Shown: positions 38,181 through 48,085, counted from the first letter of the stretch. The stretch: DNA of 64,000 nt from Alphaproteobacteria bacterium (GCA_965204825.1 OZ242016.1:1249252-1313251); one strand, 5' to 3'. Numbers and translations: made by a program. Notes: a model not told the origin generated them from the sequence alone.

Positions 38181-39632
38181 GTGAGCGTACTGATCAAGAA
38201 CGGCCGGATCGTCACGGCGAGCGATGATTATCACGCCGACATCTTCATCCATGATGAAACCGTCGACCTGATCGGCGCCGACCTGGAGATAAATACCGAT
38301 CTGGTCATCGACGCCGGCGGCAAGCTGGTCATTCCCGGCGGCATTGATCCGCACACTCATCTTGAACTGCCCTTTGGCGGTACCGTCACGTCGGACACGT
38401 TCGAGACCGGGACCCGCGCCGCCGCCTTTGGCGGCACCACCTGCATTATCGATTTCGCGGTCCAGTTCCAGGGCACTTCGGCCCTGGACGCGCTGGAAAC
38501 CTGGCATGAAAAGGCCGCCGGCAAGACCGCCATCGACTATGCCTTTCACATGATTCTGACCGATATGCCGGAAAGCCGGACCCGGGAAATGCGTGTCTTG
38601 GCCGAAGAAGGTGTCACCAGCTACAAGATGTTCATGGCCTATCCCGGCGCGATGCTGTCGGATGACGGCACGATCTTCCGGGCCATGCGCCAGGCCGGCG
38701 AGGACGGCACCCTGGTGTGCATGCATGCCGAGAACGGCATCGTCATGGACGAGTTGATCAAGATCGCGCTGTCGCAAGGTCACATCGAGCCCAAATATCA
38801 TGCCCTGACCCGTCCGACGCGGCTGGAGGCCGAAGGGGTTCACCGGGCCCTTGCAATTGCCGAGGTGGCAAAGTCCCCCTGCTATATCGTCCATCTCAGC
38901 AGCTATGATGCGCTTCAGGAATTGCGCATGGCACAGGCGCGCGGCGTCATGGCCCATGCTGAAACCTGTCCGCAATATCTCCTGCTTGATATCGCCAAAT
39001 ACGACGAACCCGGTTTCGACGGCGCGAAATATGTGCTGACCCCGCCCTTGCGCGAGAAATGGAACCAGGAGGAACTGTGGCGCGGCCTGCGCGGTAATGC
39101 CCTGAACGCCATATCGACCGATCATTGCCCGTTCTGCATGAAGGAACAGAAGGAACTGGGAAAAACCGACTTTTCAAAGATCCCCAATGGCGGCCCGGGC
39201 ATCGAAAACCGGATGAGCCTGATTTATCATTACGGGGTCAGCGGCGGCTATATAGATATCAACCGCTTTGTCGAGCTGACCTCGACCGGGCCGGCCAAAA
39301 TCTTCGGCCTGTTCCCCAGGAAGGGCACTATCGCGGTAGGCAGCGACGCCGACATCGTGATCTTCGACCCCGACCGGGAAGAGACCATCAGCTATTATAA
39401 CGGCCACACCCATCACATGAACATCGACTACAACGCCTATGAAGGGATGCTGGTCAAGGGCTTCACCGAAACGGTCTTCAGCCGCGGCCGGATGATCATC
39501 GACAAGGGTCAGTATCTGGGGCGGGCCGGTGACGGAAATTTCGTCAGGCGCGGGCCTTATGGCGGGCAATACCGGCCGGCGAAATCAGGCGATATCCCTT
39601 CTCGCGCGCCGGGATCACGCCATGGGATTTAG
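38181..39632 (+). CDS. dihydropyrimidinase / D-hydantoinase (cyclic amidohydrolase)
   Basis: VLIKNGRIVTASDDYHADIFI...GGIDPHTHLELPFGGT and the metal-binding His, Lys and Asp positions match the DHPase/D-hydantoinase family. Confidence 0.85.
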   Translation: MSVLIKNGRIVTASDDYHADIFIHDETVDLIGADLEINTDLVIDAGGKLVIPGGIDPHTHLELPFGGTVTSDTFETGTRAAAFGGTTCIIDFAVQFQGTSALDALETWHEKAAGKTAIDYAFHMILTDMPESRTREMRVLAEEGVTSYKMFMAYPGAMLSDDGTIFRAMRQAGEDGTLVCMHAENGIVMDELIKIALSQGHIEPKYHALTRPTRLEAEGVHRALAIAEVAKSPCYIVHLSSYDALQELRMAQARGVMAHAETCPQYLLLDIAKYDEPGFDGAKYVLTPPLREKWNQEELWRGLRGNALNAISTDHCPFCMKEQKELGKTDFSKIPNGGPGIENRMSLIYHYGVSGGYIDINRFVELTSTGPAKIFGLFPRKGTIAVGSDADIVIFDPDREETISYYNGHTHHMNIDYNAYEGMLVKGFTETVFSRGRMIIDKGQYLGRAGDGNFVRRGPYGGQYRPAKSGDIPSRAPGSRHGI

Positions 39633-40127
39633 GTCTGATCCGGCACCGACCGGGTCCGATGCCCCCACCGTCCGAATATTTTTCAGCAGCCAGAAAATGA
39701 TACAGAACAGGCCGGTCAGGATGAGCAGCGCAATCAGCGCGACCAGCCGTTTGCCGAAGGCGCCGTCCAGTGCGTAGCCCGGCTGCAGCAGGTGGACGGC
39801 CAGCATCTGCATGGCCTGCAGCGCCGCGCTGGCGCTGAGCAGGATGGCAGTGAAGGTCGACCCCCGGAGTGAACTGAGAACCATGGCCTCGACATTGCGC
39901 TGTTTGACGATGTGCAGGCGATAGGCCCGCCAGTGGAAGGCGCAAAAGCCGATAATGCCGATGATCACCCCGGCCCAGAAGATTGCATTGCTGTAGCTCA
40001 GGCCACGGACGACCAGATTGAACAAATCTTCGAACGGTTTATAGAAATACAGGAATATCAGGACGATGATGTAGACGATGAAACCCACGAGGGTCCAAAA
40101 CCACTGCCAGACGCTCATATCCCCCAC
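39615..40127 (-). CDS. small 4-TM membrane protein, unknown family (paralog of 25515-26040)
   Basis: The shared motifs are LIFLYFYKPFE...NAIFW...HW...LQAMQMLAVHL. Its 3' end overlaps the dihydropyrimidinase 3' end in convergent orientation. Confidence 0.55.
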   Translation of the reverse strand: MGDMSVWQWFWTLVGFIVYIIVLIFLYFYKPFEDLFNLVVRGLSYSNAIFWAGVIIGIIGFCAFHWRAYRLHIVKQRNVEAMVLSSLRGSTFTAILLSASAALQAMQMLAVHLLQPGYALDGAFGKRLVALIALLILTGLFCIIFWLLKNIRTVGASDPVGAGSDLNPMA

Positions 40128-40200
40128 CCGCTTCTCCGAACCGATGTCCGGTGTTGATCCGCAGCTTCGATACCTGAAACCCTATCCCAGCCATTGTTGG

Positions 40201-41277
40201 TCAAGCAACCGCCTCGGGCCGCGCGGCAATCAGCAGGATCACGTAAAGAATCAGGAAAATAATGTCCTTCGCGGTTCCGGCGCCCTGGCTGTCATTGTCG
40301 CGATTGGCGATCAGAACGATGATCTCCAGCACGAAGAAGATCAGGGCCAGGAAGAAGAACGGCCAGATCGTCCCCCACCAGGAAATCTCTGGCGCCAGTT
40401 CAACCTCCTGAACCGTTTGCCAGATCAACAGCAGAATGGGCAGCGCCAGCAAATAGAGATGGCCGATCAGGAATCGCAACCGTGTGACCTTGCGATCGAT
40501 GATCCATAGCACCAGCAGAAACGCCAGCACATTGAGGAAGTCCCAGAACATCGCGGCATAGGCGTCGCCGGCGCCTGAATTAAGCAGATTGAGATATCCG
40601 ATCAGATAAAGGAACACGATGGCGTCGCAGAACAGCCATTCGCGCAGCGTCTCGTCCGGCAGCTTGATATTCCAGGCGCGGCTGGCCTTGTCGAACAGCA
40701 TCACCAGTGCCACGATCAGCCCGGCCGGATAGATCAGATACAGCATCATCGAATACTGTTGTTCATGAGGCACATAGGACCAGTTCAGAATCAGATAGGC
40801 GATGCCGAGGCCGAAGAGGCCAAGCAATCGGACCGCGGACGGGCTTTCATGGCTGGCGACTCGCTCGGATACCGGTTCCGGCACGACGGTATCTGTCGCC
40901 ATTAGACCAATGGGCGACGCCGCCGAAGCCGGGCCCTGGCGGTTCCGCGCAACGCGCCAGAACATGGTCAGCAGGAAGATGATCAACCCGGCGCCGCCGA
41001 TAATCAACATAATGACAAAGAATGTCAGGCCGCGCGTATCGGCGCTCCAATCGATCTCGGTCCAGGGCGGGAACTGCCACAGAAACAAGACGGCAATGAT
41101 GCCAACCGCGGCGGTGGCCAGCAGGAATTCATACCATTGCGGCTGATAGCCGGCGCCCTGCCCGCCCGGTGTGGTGCGCAAGGCGTGGCGGGAGACCAGG
41201 AAAATCAGAAACGCGATGACACCGACAATGCCGATGGCTGCCATGACTTCCAGGAAGGCGACAGACCTGCTGTCCAC
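40201..41277 (-). CDS. polytopic (~9 TM) membrane protein of unknown family
   Basis: It is a 358-aa hydrophobic ORF located between the small membrane protein and the divergent isochorismatase-family gene. I recognise no motif. Confidence 0.5.
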   Translation of the reverse strand: MDSRSVAFLEVMAAIGIVGVIAFLIFLVSRHALRTTPGGQGAGYQPQWYEFLLATAAVGIIAVLFLWQFPPWTEIDWSADTRGLTFFVIMLIIGGAGLIIFLLTMFWRVARNRQGPASAASPIGLMATDTVVPEPVSERVASHESPSAVRLLGLFGLGIAYLILNWSYVPHEQQYSMMLYLIYPAGLIVALVMLFDKASRAWNIKLPDETLREWLFCDAIVFLYLIGYLNLLNSGAGDAYAAMFWDFLNVLAFLLVLWIIDRKVTRLRFLIGHLYLLALPILLLIWQTVQEVELAPEISWWGTIWPFFFLALIFFVLEIIVLIANRDNDSQGAGTAKDIIFLILYVILLIAARPEAVA

Positions 41278-41455
41278 GATTGTCCCTCAAGCTAACAACA
41301 GAAATTCTGCCGCGCCGCCCGCTGCGCACCGCCAAGGTTAGCATCGGTTTTTCGCACTGTCGATTGTCTGATCCGCCTTGCCAAGCCGGGAATGGACCGT
41401 GACAATCCTCGCTCTGGGCCTATGATATCGTCTGGGGAAAACGAGGGGAGAGGCC

Positions 41456-42103
41456 ATGAGCGATCCATCCGACAGCATCTACAAGGACCGCAGTTATGGC
41501 GCCGGCGAGATCGGCTATGGCGATATGCCGGGGATCGCGGTGGTGGATTTCCAGAATGCCTTTACCGATCCGCAATATGCCCTGGGCGGGGCACCGATGA
41601 TCGACCGGGCGGTGAACAATAGCGCCCGCCTGCTGGACGTGGCCCGCCGGTGCAAGGTTCCGGTCGCGACCTGCTATACGGCCTACACCTCCAAGGCGGA
41701 CATGCCCTATTGGAAGGTATCCGCGGTGCAGGAACAGCTGATCCACGGCAGTCACGCGACGGAACTGGACCCACGGATCTATGATCCCGACTATGATGTG
41801 CGTCTGAGCAAGACCGGTGCGTCGATCTTCTTTCAGACCCCGATCGTACCGTTCATGGTGAAACAGAAGGTGGACACGCTGATCGTCGTCGGCTGTGTCA
41901 CCTCGGGCTGTGTTCGCGCTTCGATCATCGACAGTTTTCAGAACGGGTTCCGCACCATCGTGCCCGAGGACGGGGTCGGCGATCAGGACGAGCGGCCGCA
42001 CAATGACAATCTGCGCGATGTCGACCGGCGCTATTGCGACATCACCGATGTCGATAGCGTAATCGAATGGATCGAGGCCTGGCGCGGGCGCAACGAACAC
42101 TGA
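41456..42103 (+). CDS. isochorismatase-family cysteine hydrolase (N-carbamoylsarcosine-amidase-like), copy 2
   Basis: IAVVDFQNAFTDP...VPVATCYTAY...LIVVGCVTSGCVRASIIDSFQNGFRTIVPEDGVGD shows the same catalytic Cys context as copy 1. Confidence 0.8.
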   Translation: MSDPSDSIYKDRSYGAGEIGYGDMPGIAVVDFQNAFTDPQYALGGAPMIDRAVNNSARLLDVARRCKVPVATCYTAYTSKADMPYWKVSAVQEQLIHGSHATELDPRIYDPDYDVRLSKTGASIFFQTPIVPFMVKQKVDTLIVVGCVTSGCVRASIIDSFQNGFRTIVPEDGVGDQDERPHNDNLRDVDRRYCDITDVDSVIEWIEAWRGRNEH

Positions 42104-42139
42104 TCGGACGGCATGGCCGCCGGAGGATGAAGACAGAAC

Positions 42140-44563
42140 ATGGCAAAAGATCGTGACACCATCACCAGTTGGTTCGACAACCAGTTGGACGATCTCAAGG
42201 GCGAATTCGACCGCCTGGGCGGCGACGCCGGGCAACCCAATGGGCGCCCGCCGGTCGGCCGGCCATCGGTCGAGAGTCGATCCGGCGCCAATGGCGGATC
42301 GGCAAACATCGCGCCGCCGCCGTCATCCAAACCGCCTGTCATTTCGCCGCCACCGAAGATCGCGCCGCCCGAGGTGGCCCGTGCACGCAATGCCCCGGCA
42401 CCCGCTCCCTCAACGCCGTCCTACACCCCGCCGCCGTCGGTACCTGCCGCGGCAAGGCCTGCATCGCCCAAGCCGCGGGAAGCACCGCGCCGGCGGGCAA
42501 CATCCGGCGGAGGCTATATGCTGGGGGTCGATGTGGGCGGCACCTTCACCGATCTGCTGCTGATCGAGGAAAGCAGTGGGCTGACATTTACCGCCAAGGT
42601 GCCCTCCACGCCGCAGGATTCCTCTGTCGGAGTCCTGAACGGGATTGAGCGCATCTGCGGTATTGCCAGGATCAAGCCGACGGCCATCAACCAGGTGATG
42701 CACGGCACGACAGTGGCCACCAACACAGTGCTGACCAATTCGGGCGCGCGGGTCGGTCTGGTCACGACCAGGGGGTACAAGCAGACACTGCAGATCGCCC
42801 GATCCTATGTGCCCGGCGGCCTTGGCGGCTGGGTGATCTTCAACAAGACCGACCCGCTGGCGCCGCTGGAGCTGACCATCGAAGCCGACGAGCGGATGGA
42901 CGCCAAGGGCGAGATCGTCGATCCGCTGGATGAGGCGAAAATGAAGGCCGACCTTGCCAAACTGGCCGGCGAAGGGATCGAGGCGCTGACCGTCTCGCTG
43001 ATGAACGCCTATACCAACGGCATCCACGAACAGAAGATCCGCTCGATCGCCGAACAGGTTCTACCTGGCGTGCCGGTGTCGATCTCGTCTGAAATCGTGC
43101 CGGAGATGTACGAGTATGAGCGCACCGAAACCACAGTGGTGAACTCCTATATCAGGCCAGTGGTAGGCAAATATATCGAGAACCTGCGGAACGAACTGGA
43201 CCGGCGGATGAGTAGGGTGCAACTGCATATCCTGCGGTCTGACGGCGGATTATCCTCGGACGAGGCAGCCAAGGAGCTGCCCGTAAACCTGCTGATGAGC
43301 GGTCCGGCCGGCGGCGTCTCCGGCGCCATCTGGATGGCGAAACAGGCCGGCTTCAAGGATCTGCTGACCTTCGACATGGGGGGCACGTCAACCGACGTGG
43401 CCCTGATCCAGGACGGCGTGGCCCAAACCCGGCGCGAAACCCGCATTGCCGACGTTACCGTGCGCGCACCCTCGGTCGATGTCCGTACGGTCGGCGCCGG
43501 CGGCGGTTCAATCGCCTATGTGCCCGAACTGACCAAAGCCTTGCGCGTCGGCCCGCAAAGCGCCGGCGCGGAGCCTGGCCCCGCGGCCTATGGCAAGGGC
43601 GGCATGGAACCGACAGTGACCGACGCCAATGTGGTGCTGGGGTATCTGCCCTCGACCTCCAGGCTGGGTGGGGACATGCAACTTGACCGCGCAGCCTCGG
43701 AAAAGGTGGTCAAGACAGTGGCCGATGCCATGGGCCTGCAAATGAAAGAGGCCGCGGAAGGCATCATCAATATCGTCAACGAGAACATGTTCGGTGCCCT
43801 GCGCCTTGTTTCCGTCGAGCGGGGGTTCGATCCGCGCGACTTCGCCCTGATCGGTTTTGGCGGCGCCGGTCCCTTGCATGCCAATGCTCTGGGCAAGCTG
43901 ATGAATTCCTGGCCGGTGATCATTCCGCCCGGGCCCGGCGTTCTGTGCGCTTATGGCGACGCCACGACCCGGGTGCGGAACGAGGCATCGCGCACATTCG
44001 TGCGCCGCTTCGATGATACCAGCGACGGTGAAGTGCTCGGCATCCTGCAGGACCTGGCCGCTTCGGCCGCCCAGGCCCTGAACGACGAGGGCGTGCCGCG
44101 CGGAGAACAGACAACCCAGTATCAGATCGACCTGCGCTATGCCGGCCAGGGCATGCGTCTGAGCGTGAACATGAGCCCGGAAGAGTTTGCCAGCCAAGGC
44201 CTGAAAGAACTGGGCCACCGGTTCGACGACCTGCACGAGCAACTGTTTACCTTCCGCCTGGATACACCGCATGAGCTCTACAATTTGCGTGCCGTGGTCC
44301 AGGGGCGTGAGAGCCTGGCGACCGCCGGCGCCCTGCCGACCGGCACAGGCGACGCATCGGGCGCGGTGCACGAGAAATCGACCATCTTCTTCGAGAGTCG
44401 CGATCATCCTGCCCGGATCTATGACCGCGCTTTGCTGAAAGCGGGGGACCGAATCCCCGGTCCGGCCATCGTTACCGAGATGGATTCAACGTCACTGATC
44501 CTGCCTGGCCACACCGGCGAGGTGGACCCGGTCGGCAATATCCTCATCCGCCCGGCGCAATAA
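42140..44563 (+). CDS. hyuA: hydantoinase/oxoprolinase subunit A (HyuA-like) with a 125-aa proline-rich N-terminal extension, copy 2
   Basis: The core starts at YMLGVDVGGTFTDLLLIEE (~42515). The ORF is open from the ATG at 42140, which has a GGAGGA RBS, through a segment encoding APPPSSKPPVISPPPKIAPPEV...STPSYTPPPSVPAAARPASPKPREAPRRR. Confidence 0.85.
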   Translation: MAKDRDTITSWFDNQLDDLKGEFDRLGGDAGQPNGRPPVGRPSVESRSGANGGSANIAPPPSSKPPVISPPPKIAPPEVARARNAPAPAPSTPSYTPPPSVPAAARPASPKPREAPRRRATSGGGYMLGVDVGGTFTDLLLIEESSGLTFTAKVPSTPQDSSVGVLNGIERICGIARIKPTAINQVMHGTTVATNTVLTNSGARVGLVTTRGYKQTLQIARSYVPGGLGGWVIFNKTDPLAPLELTIEADERMDAKGEIVDPLDEAKMKADLAKLAGEGIEALTVSLMNAYTNGIHEQKIRSIAEQVLPGVPVSISSEIVPEMYEYERTETTVVNSYIRPVVGKYIENLRNELDRRMSRVQLHILRSDGGLSSDEAAKELPVNLLMSGPAGGVSGAIWMAKQAGFKDLLTFDMGGTSTDVALIQDGVAQTRRETRIADVTVRAPSVDVRTVGAGGGSIAYVPELTKALRVGPQSAGAEPGPAAYGKGGMEPTVTDANVVLGYLPSTSRLGGDMQLDRAASEKVVKTVADAMGLQMKEAAEGIINIVNENMFGALRLVSVERGFDPRDFALIGFGGAGPLHANALGKLMNSWPVIIPPGPGVLCAYGDATTRVRNEASRTFVRRFDDTSDGEVLGILQDLAASAAQALNDEGVPRGEQTTQYQIDLRYAGQGMRLSVNMSPEEFASQGLKELGHRFDDLHEQLFTFRLDTPHELYNLRAVVQGRESLATAGALPTGTGDASGAVHEKSTIFFESRDHPARIYDRALLKAGDRIPGPAIVTEMDSTSLILPGHTGEVDPVGNILIRPAQ

Positions 44564-44584
44564 CGCCAGCACAAGGCTTTTCAG

Positions 44585-46480
44585 ATGCCCGCAACAATCA
44601 TCCAGTCCAATACCTGCCCGTTCAACCGGGTCGATATCGACCCGATCACGCTGGACATCATCGAGAACGCGCTGAAAAACGCACGCACCGAAATGGATGC
44701 AGTCCTGTTCCGCACCGCCATGTCACCCGGCATCCGCGAGCAGCACGATGCCTTTCCGATGATCGCCAATCCGGAAGGCAAGATGGTGGTCGGCCAGTTC
44801 GGTTCGTTCTTTTCCGGCTTCAAGGAGGGCTATGACGGCGATATCGAAGAAGGCGATATCTTCCTGACCAATGATCCATATGGATGCAACGGCGCGGTCA
44901 GCCACCTCAATGACTGGCTGACCCTGATGCCGGTCTATATCGACGGTCGGATTGTCGCCTGGGCGGCGATGTTCGGGCATATGACCGATATCGGCGGCAA
45001 GGTGCCTGGTAGTCTGCCGACCGATGCGGCCCAGATCTTCGAGGAAGGTATCCAGATCCCGCCGGTCAAGATCTATCGTCAGGGCAAGCTGAACGAGGAG
45101 ATCCTCAACCTGATTTTGCGCAATTGTCGCCTGCCGGAATGGAACAAATCCGATTTCAACGCCATTGTTGCTGCTCTGCGCATGGCCGAACGGCGGGTGG
45201 TGGAAATGGCTGACCGGTTCGGTGTCGATCAACTGGTCGGCGCCATGCAGGAGATGCTGGACCGCAACAAGATGGCCATGGGCGAGATTCTGAAAATCGT
45301 CGTGCCCGAGACCAAGCAGTATTTCGAGGACTATATCGACGATGACGGCATGGGCATGGGCCCCTACAAGATCGCCTGCCATCTGTGGCGCGAGGGTGAT
45401 GGCGTGGTGTTTGATTTCGAGGGCACCGACCCCCAGTCGATCAGCTCGGTGAATTTCCTTCTGAACGAGGAAATGTTCAAAATGTTCCTCGGCTCGTTCT
45501 TCATCAACATTTTCGATCCGCAGATCCTGTTCAATGACGGTTTCTACGATCTGGTCGAGGTGAGGATTCCGCGCGGCTCGATCCTGAAACCGATCCGGCC
45601 GGCGGCGCTGTCATCACGCACCCATATGCTGGCGCGGATCTTCGATATTATGAGCGGCCTCCTGGGCCAGGGATCGCCCGATGCACTGTGTGCCGCCGGA
45701 TTTTCCGACAGTCCACACTTCATGTATTCGGGCTATAACAAGCACGGCGAATGGTACCAGCTCTATCAAATCGGTTTCGGCGGTGTACCCGGCCGGCCGG
45801 CCGGCGACGGTCCCGACGGGCATTCCCTGTGGCCGGCCTTTACCAATGTGCCGAACGAGTTTCTCGAGGCGTATTTTCCGCTGCGCATAGTCAGATACGA
45901 GACCATCGCCGACAGCGGCGGGCCCGGCCAGCACCGCGGTGGCAACGGCCTGTCGATGGGTTATCAGTTCCTGGAACCCGGCGAAATTTCGATCCACGAT
46001 GACCGTTGGCTGACCCACCCCTGGGGCGTTAATGGCGGCCTGCCGGGCCAGCGCAGCGACAAGCGGATGGTGCGCGCCGACGGCACGTCGGAATGGATGG
46101 AATCCAAGTGCGACCGGATCAAGGTCGATACCGGAGACATACTCTATTTCAATACCTGGGGCGGTGGTGGCTGGGGCGACCCCCTGGAGCGCGATGCCGA
46201 ACAGGTGTCCCTGGACGCACGGCGCGGCCTGATCACTGCGGAAGGGGCGAAACGCTATGGCGTCGCCCTGAACGACGACCTGTCGGTCGACCGGCGCGCG
46301 ACCGATGAATTGCGCAAACGCATGGCATCCGAACGTGGCCCGGTCGAGTTGTTCGATCGGGGTGGCACCGTCGAGGAACTGAAAGCCCGCTGCAAGGCCG
46401 ACACCCATTTCGATCCGCCCCGCTCGCCGGTCTTCCAGAAATGGATGGGGCGGCAGGATCTACCGACCGCGGCGGAATGA
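44585..46480 (+). CDS. hyuB: hydantoinase/oxoprolinase subunit B (HyuB-like), copy 2
   Basis: DIIENALKNARTEMDAVLFRTAMSP...DPYGCNGAVSHLNDWLTLMPVY...GIQIPPVKI is the canonical HyuB pattern. It starts 19 nt after hyuA2. Confidence 0.9.
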   Translation: MPATIIQSNTCPFNRVDIDPITLDIIENALKNARTEMDAVLFRTAMSPGIREQHDAFPMIANPEGKMVVGQFGSFFSGFKEGYDGDIEEGDIFLTNDPYGCNGAVSHLNDWLTLMPVYIDGRIVAWAAMFGHMTDIGGKVPGSLPTDAAQIFEEGIQIPPVKIYRQGKLNEEILNLILRNCRLPEWNKSDFNAIVAALRMAERRVVEMADRFGVDQLVGAMQEMLDRNKMAMGEILKIVVPETKQYFEDYIDDDGMGMGPYKIACHLWREGDGVVFDFEGTDPQSISSVNFLLNEEMFKMFLGSFFINIFDPQILFNDGFYDLVEVRIPRGSILKPIRPAALSSRTHMLARIFDIMSGLLGQGSPDALCAAGFSDSPHFMYSGYNKHGEWYQLYQIGFGGVPGRPAGDGPDGHSLWPAFTNVPNEFLEAYFPLRIVRYETIADSGGPGQHRGGNGLSMGYQFLEPGEISIHDDRWLTHPWGVNGGLPGQRSDKRMVRADGTSEWMESKCDRIKVDTGDILYFNTWGGGGWGDPLERDAEQVSLDARRGLITAEGAKRYGVALNDDLSVDRRATDELRKRMASERGPVELFDRGGTVEELKARCKADTHFDPPRSPVFQKWMGRQDLPTAAE

Positions 46481-46484
46481 CGGG

Positions 46485-47180
46485 TTACCCCTTCGCCGCC
46501 ATGATTGCTTTCAAATCGATGTCGAAGGTGTTCTGAACGATCTCGGCGATCCGGTCGTAGACACAGCCGACCCGGATGGTTTCGAAATTCTCCAGATCGA
46601 CGATGGTGCTGCCGAGCCCGCGGTCATTGTGATAGGGTACCAAGCCGTAATCGATCTGGATATCGGCGATATCGCGCACCTGGTCCTGGACATCCTGCAA
46701 CACGAATTTGCTCCCCGTCAGCGATACGTTCGCCGACGAGCCGGACACGCCATAGGCGTTTTCCCGCGCCAGACGGGCAATCTCGTCATGCAGCGGCCCG
46801 GCGTTCAGCAGCACGTCCATGGTGCCGGCCTTGGTCGCGTTCTTGAAGGTGAAGGGAGGCAGTCCCCGTGCCAACGGATGTTCGGCGCGCAAGGGGCCAA
46901 CCACGGAAAACGGCAGATCGTGATCCTGGGTGATGACACGCACCATCTCGCGTGCCTGTTTGGTCACGTCGAGTAATTCGTTGAACAGCTGCCAGTCGCC
47001 GAAGTTGCCGCACGGTTTTTCAAACGAACGTTCCTTGGCCTTGTAGATTCGCCGGATTGCCTCGTCCTCGTGCCCGACAATGGCGTAACCGACGCTGACC
47101 GGGAAGATCGCCACGCCGCCATTGCGCACGGTTTCAAATATCCGCGCCGCGTCTTCCTTGATAGGCTGTCCCTCAAACAT
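46485..47180 (-). CDS. YrdC/Sua5-domain (L-threonylcarbamoyladenylate-synthase fold) protein, paralog A
   Basis: VAIFPVSVGYAIVG (compare YPTDTVYGLG), KAKERSFEKP (KxRPxxKP), GVSGSSANVS (STSANxSG) and GSTIVDL (PSTIVD) match YrdC/Sua5 landmarks. The start is at MFEGQ, with an RBS GGAAGG. Confidence 0.65.
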   Translation of the reverse strand: MFEGQPIKEDAARIFETVRNGGVAIFPVSVGYAIVGHEDEAIRRIYKAKERSFEKPCGNFGDWQLFNELLDVTKQAREMVRVITQDHDLPFSVVGPLRAEHPLARGLPPFTFKNATKAGTMDVLLNAGPLHDEIARLARENAYGVSGSSANVSLTGSKFVLQDVQDQVRDIADIQIDYGLVPYHNDRGLGSTIVDLENFETIRVGCVYDRIAEIVQNTFDIDLKAIMAAKG

Positions 47181-47335
47181 CCTTCCCCGCTCCCCTTTCT
47201 CGATTACCCGTTGGGACGATAGAGGCAGGCGCGAAATTGACCAAGCAGGGATGTGGTAGGTGCATGAGCGTAGAAGAATTGGCCTCCTCTTCAAAATCAT
47301 GCTGAACTGTCGGCCGTCTTGGAGGGAGCGACGGA

Positions 47336-48085
47336 GTGGGCAGACCGGATATTGCGGCGGACGCGCAACGGGCCTTTGATGTACTGTGGTCGGGCGGCAC
47401 CGCGATCCTGCCGATGGATGTGGGATATTCCCTGATCGGCGGGTCGGCGGACGCGCTGTCGGCGATATTCCGGACCAAGGGACGCGCGCCGTCAAAACTG
47501 AATGCCATGCTGGGCGACATGACGCTGCACCGGGAGATCCACCGTCTGGACACACGGGGGCGGGAAATCGCCGAGGCCATCACGCTCGACTATGACCTGC
47601 CGCTCGGCGCCATCGCCCCGGCGGATCTGGATCATCCGATCCTACGCAAAATGGCGCCGGGCGCCCTGGCCCGCAGCAGCAAGACCGGCACCGTACTGAT
47701 GCTGCTCAATGCCGGCCAATTCCATGGTGAGATCTGCCGGCTGAGCCGCGAACACATCCATCCCCTGTTCGGCTCATCGGCCAACCGGTCGCTGCAGGGT
47801 ACGAAATTCCGGGTTGAGGACATGGAACCGGAGATCACCGCCATCGCCGATATCATCATCGACCACGGCTTGCGGAAGTATCATCTCTATGGGGCGTCCT
47901 CGACGCTGCTGGATCTGCAAACCCTGGAAGTTGTCCGTTTCGGATCCTGCTTTGAGTTGATCCGCGACATTCTGAACCGGCACTTCAACGTCGCCCTGCC
48001 GGACCCGCCCGCGATCGATGCCGGTGAGATCACCGACAAAGGCTACATCAAATCAGCGCGCGGTTTTGGAAAACCGGTTGGCTGA
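47336..48085 (+). CDS. YrdC/Sua5-domain protein, paralog B (divergent from paralog A)
   Basis: TAILPMDVGYSLIGG, KGRAPSKL, LFGSSANRSLQG and GASSTLLDL give the same YrdC landmarks. It is ~30% identical to paralog A by eye. Confidence 0.65.
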   Translation: MGRPDIAADAQRAFDVLWSGGTAILPMDVGYSLIGGSADALSAIFRTKGRAPSKLNAMLGDMTLHREIHRLDTRGREIAEAITLDYDLPLGAIAPADLDHPILRKMAPGALARSSKTGTVLMLLNAGQFHGEICRLSREHIHPLFGSSANRSLQGTKFRVEDMEPEITAIADIIIDHGLRKYHLYGASSTLLDLQTLEVVRFGSCFELIRDILNRHFNVALPDPPAIDAGEITDKGYIKSARGFGKPVG

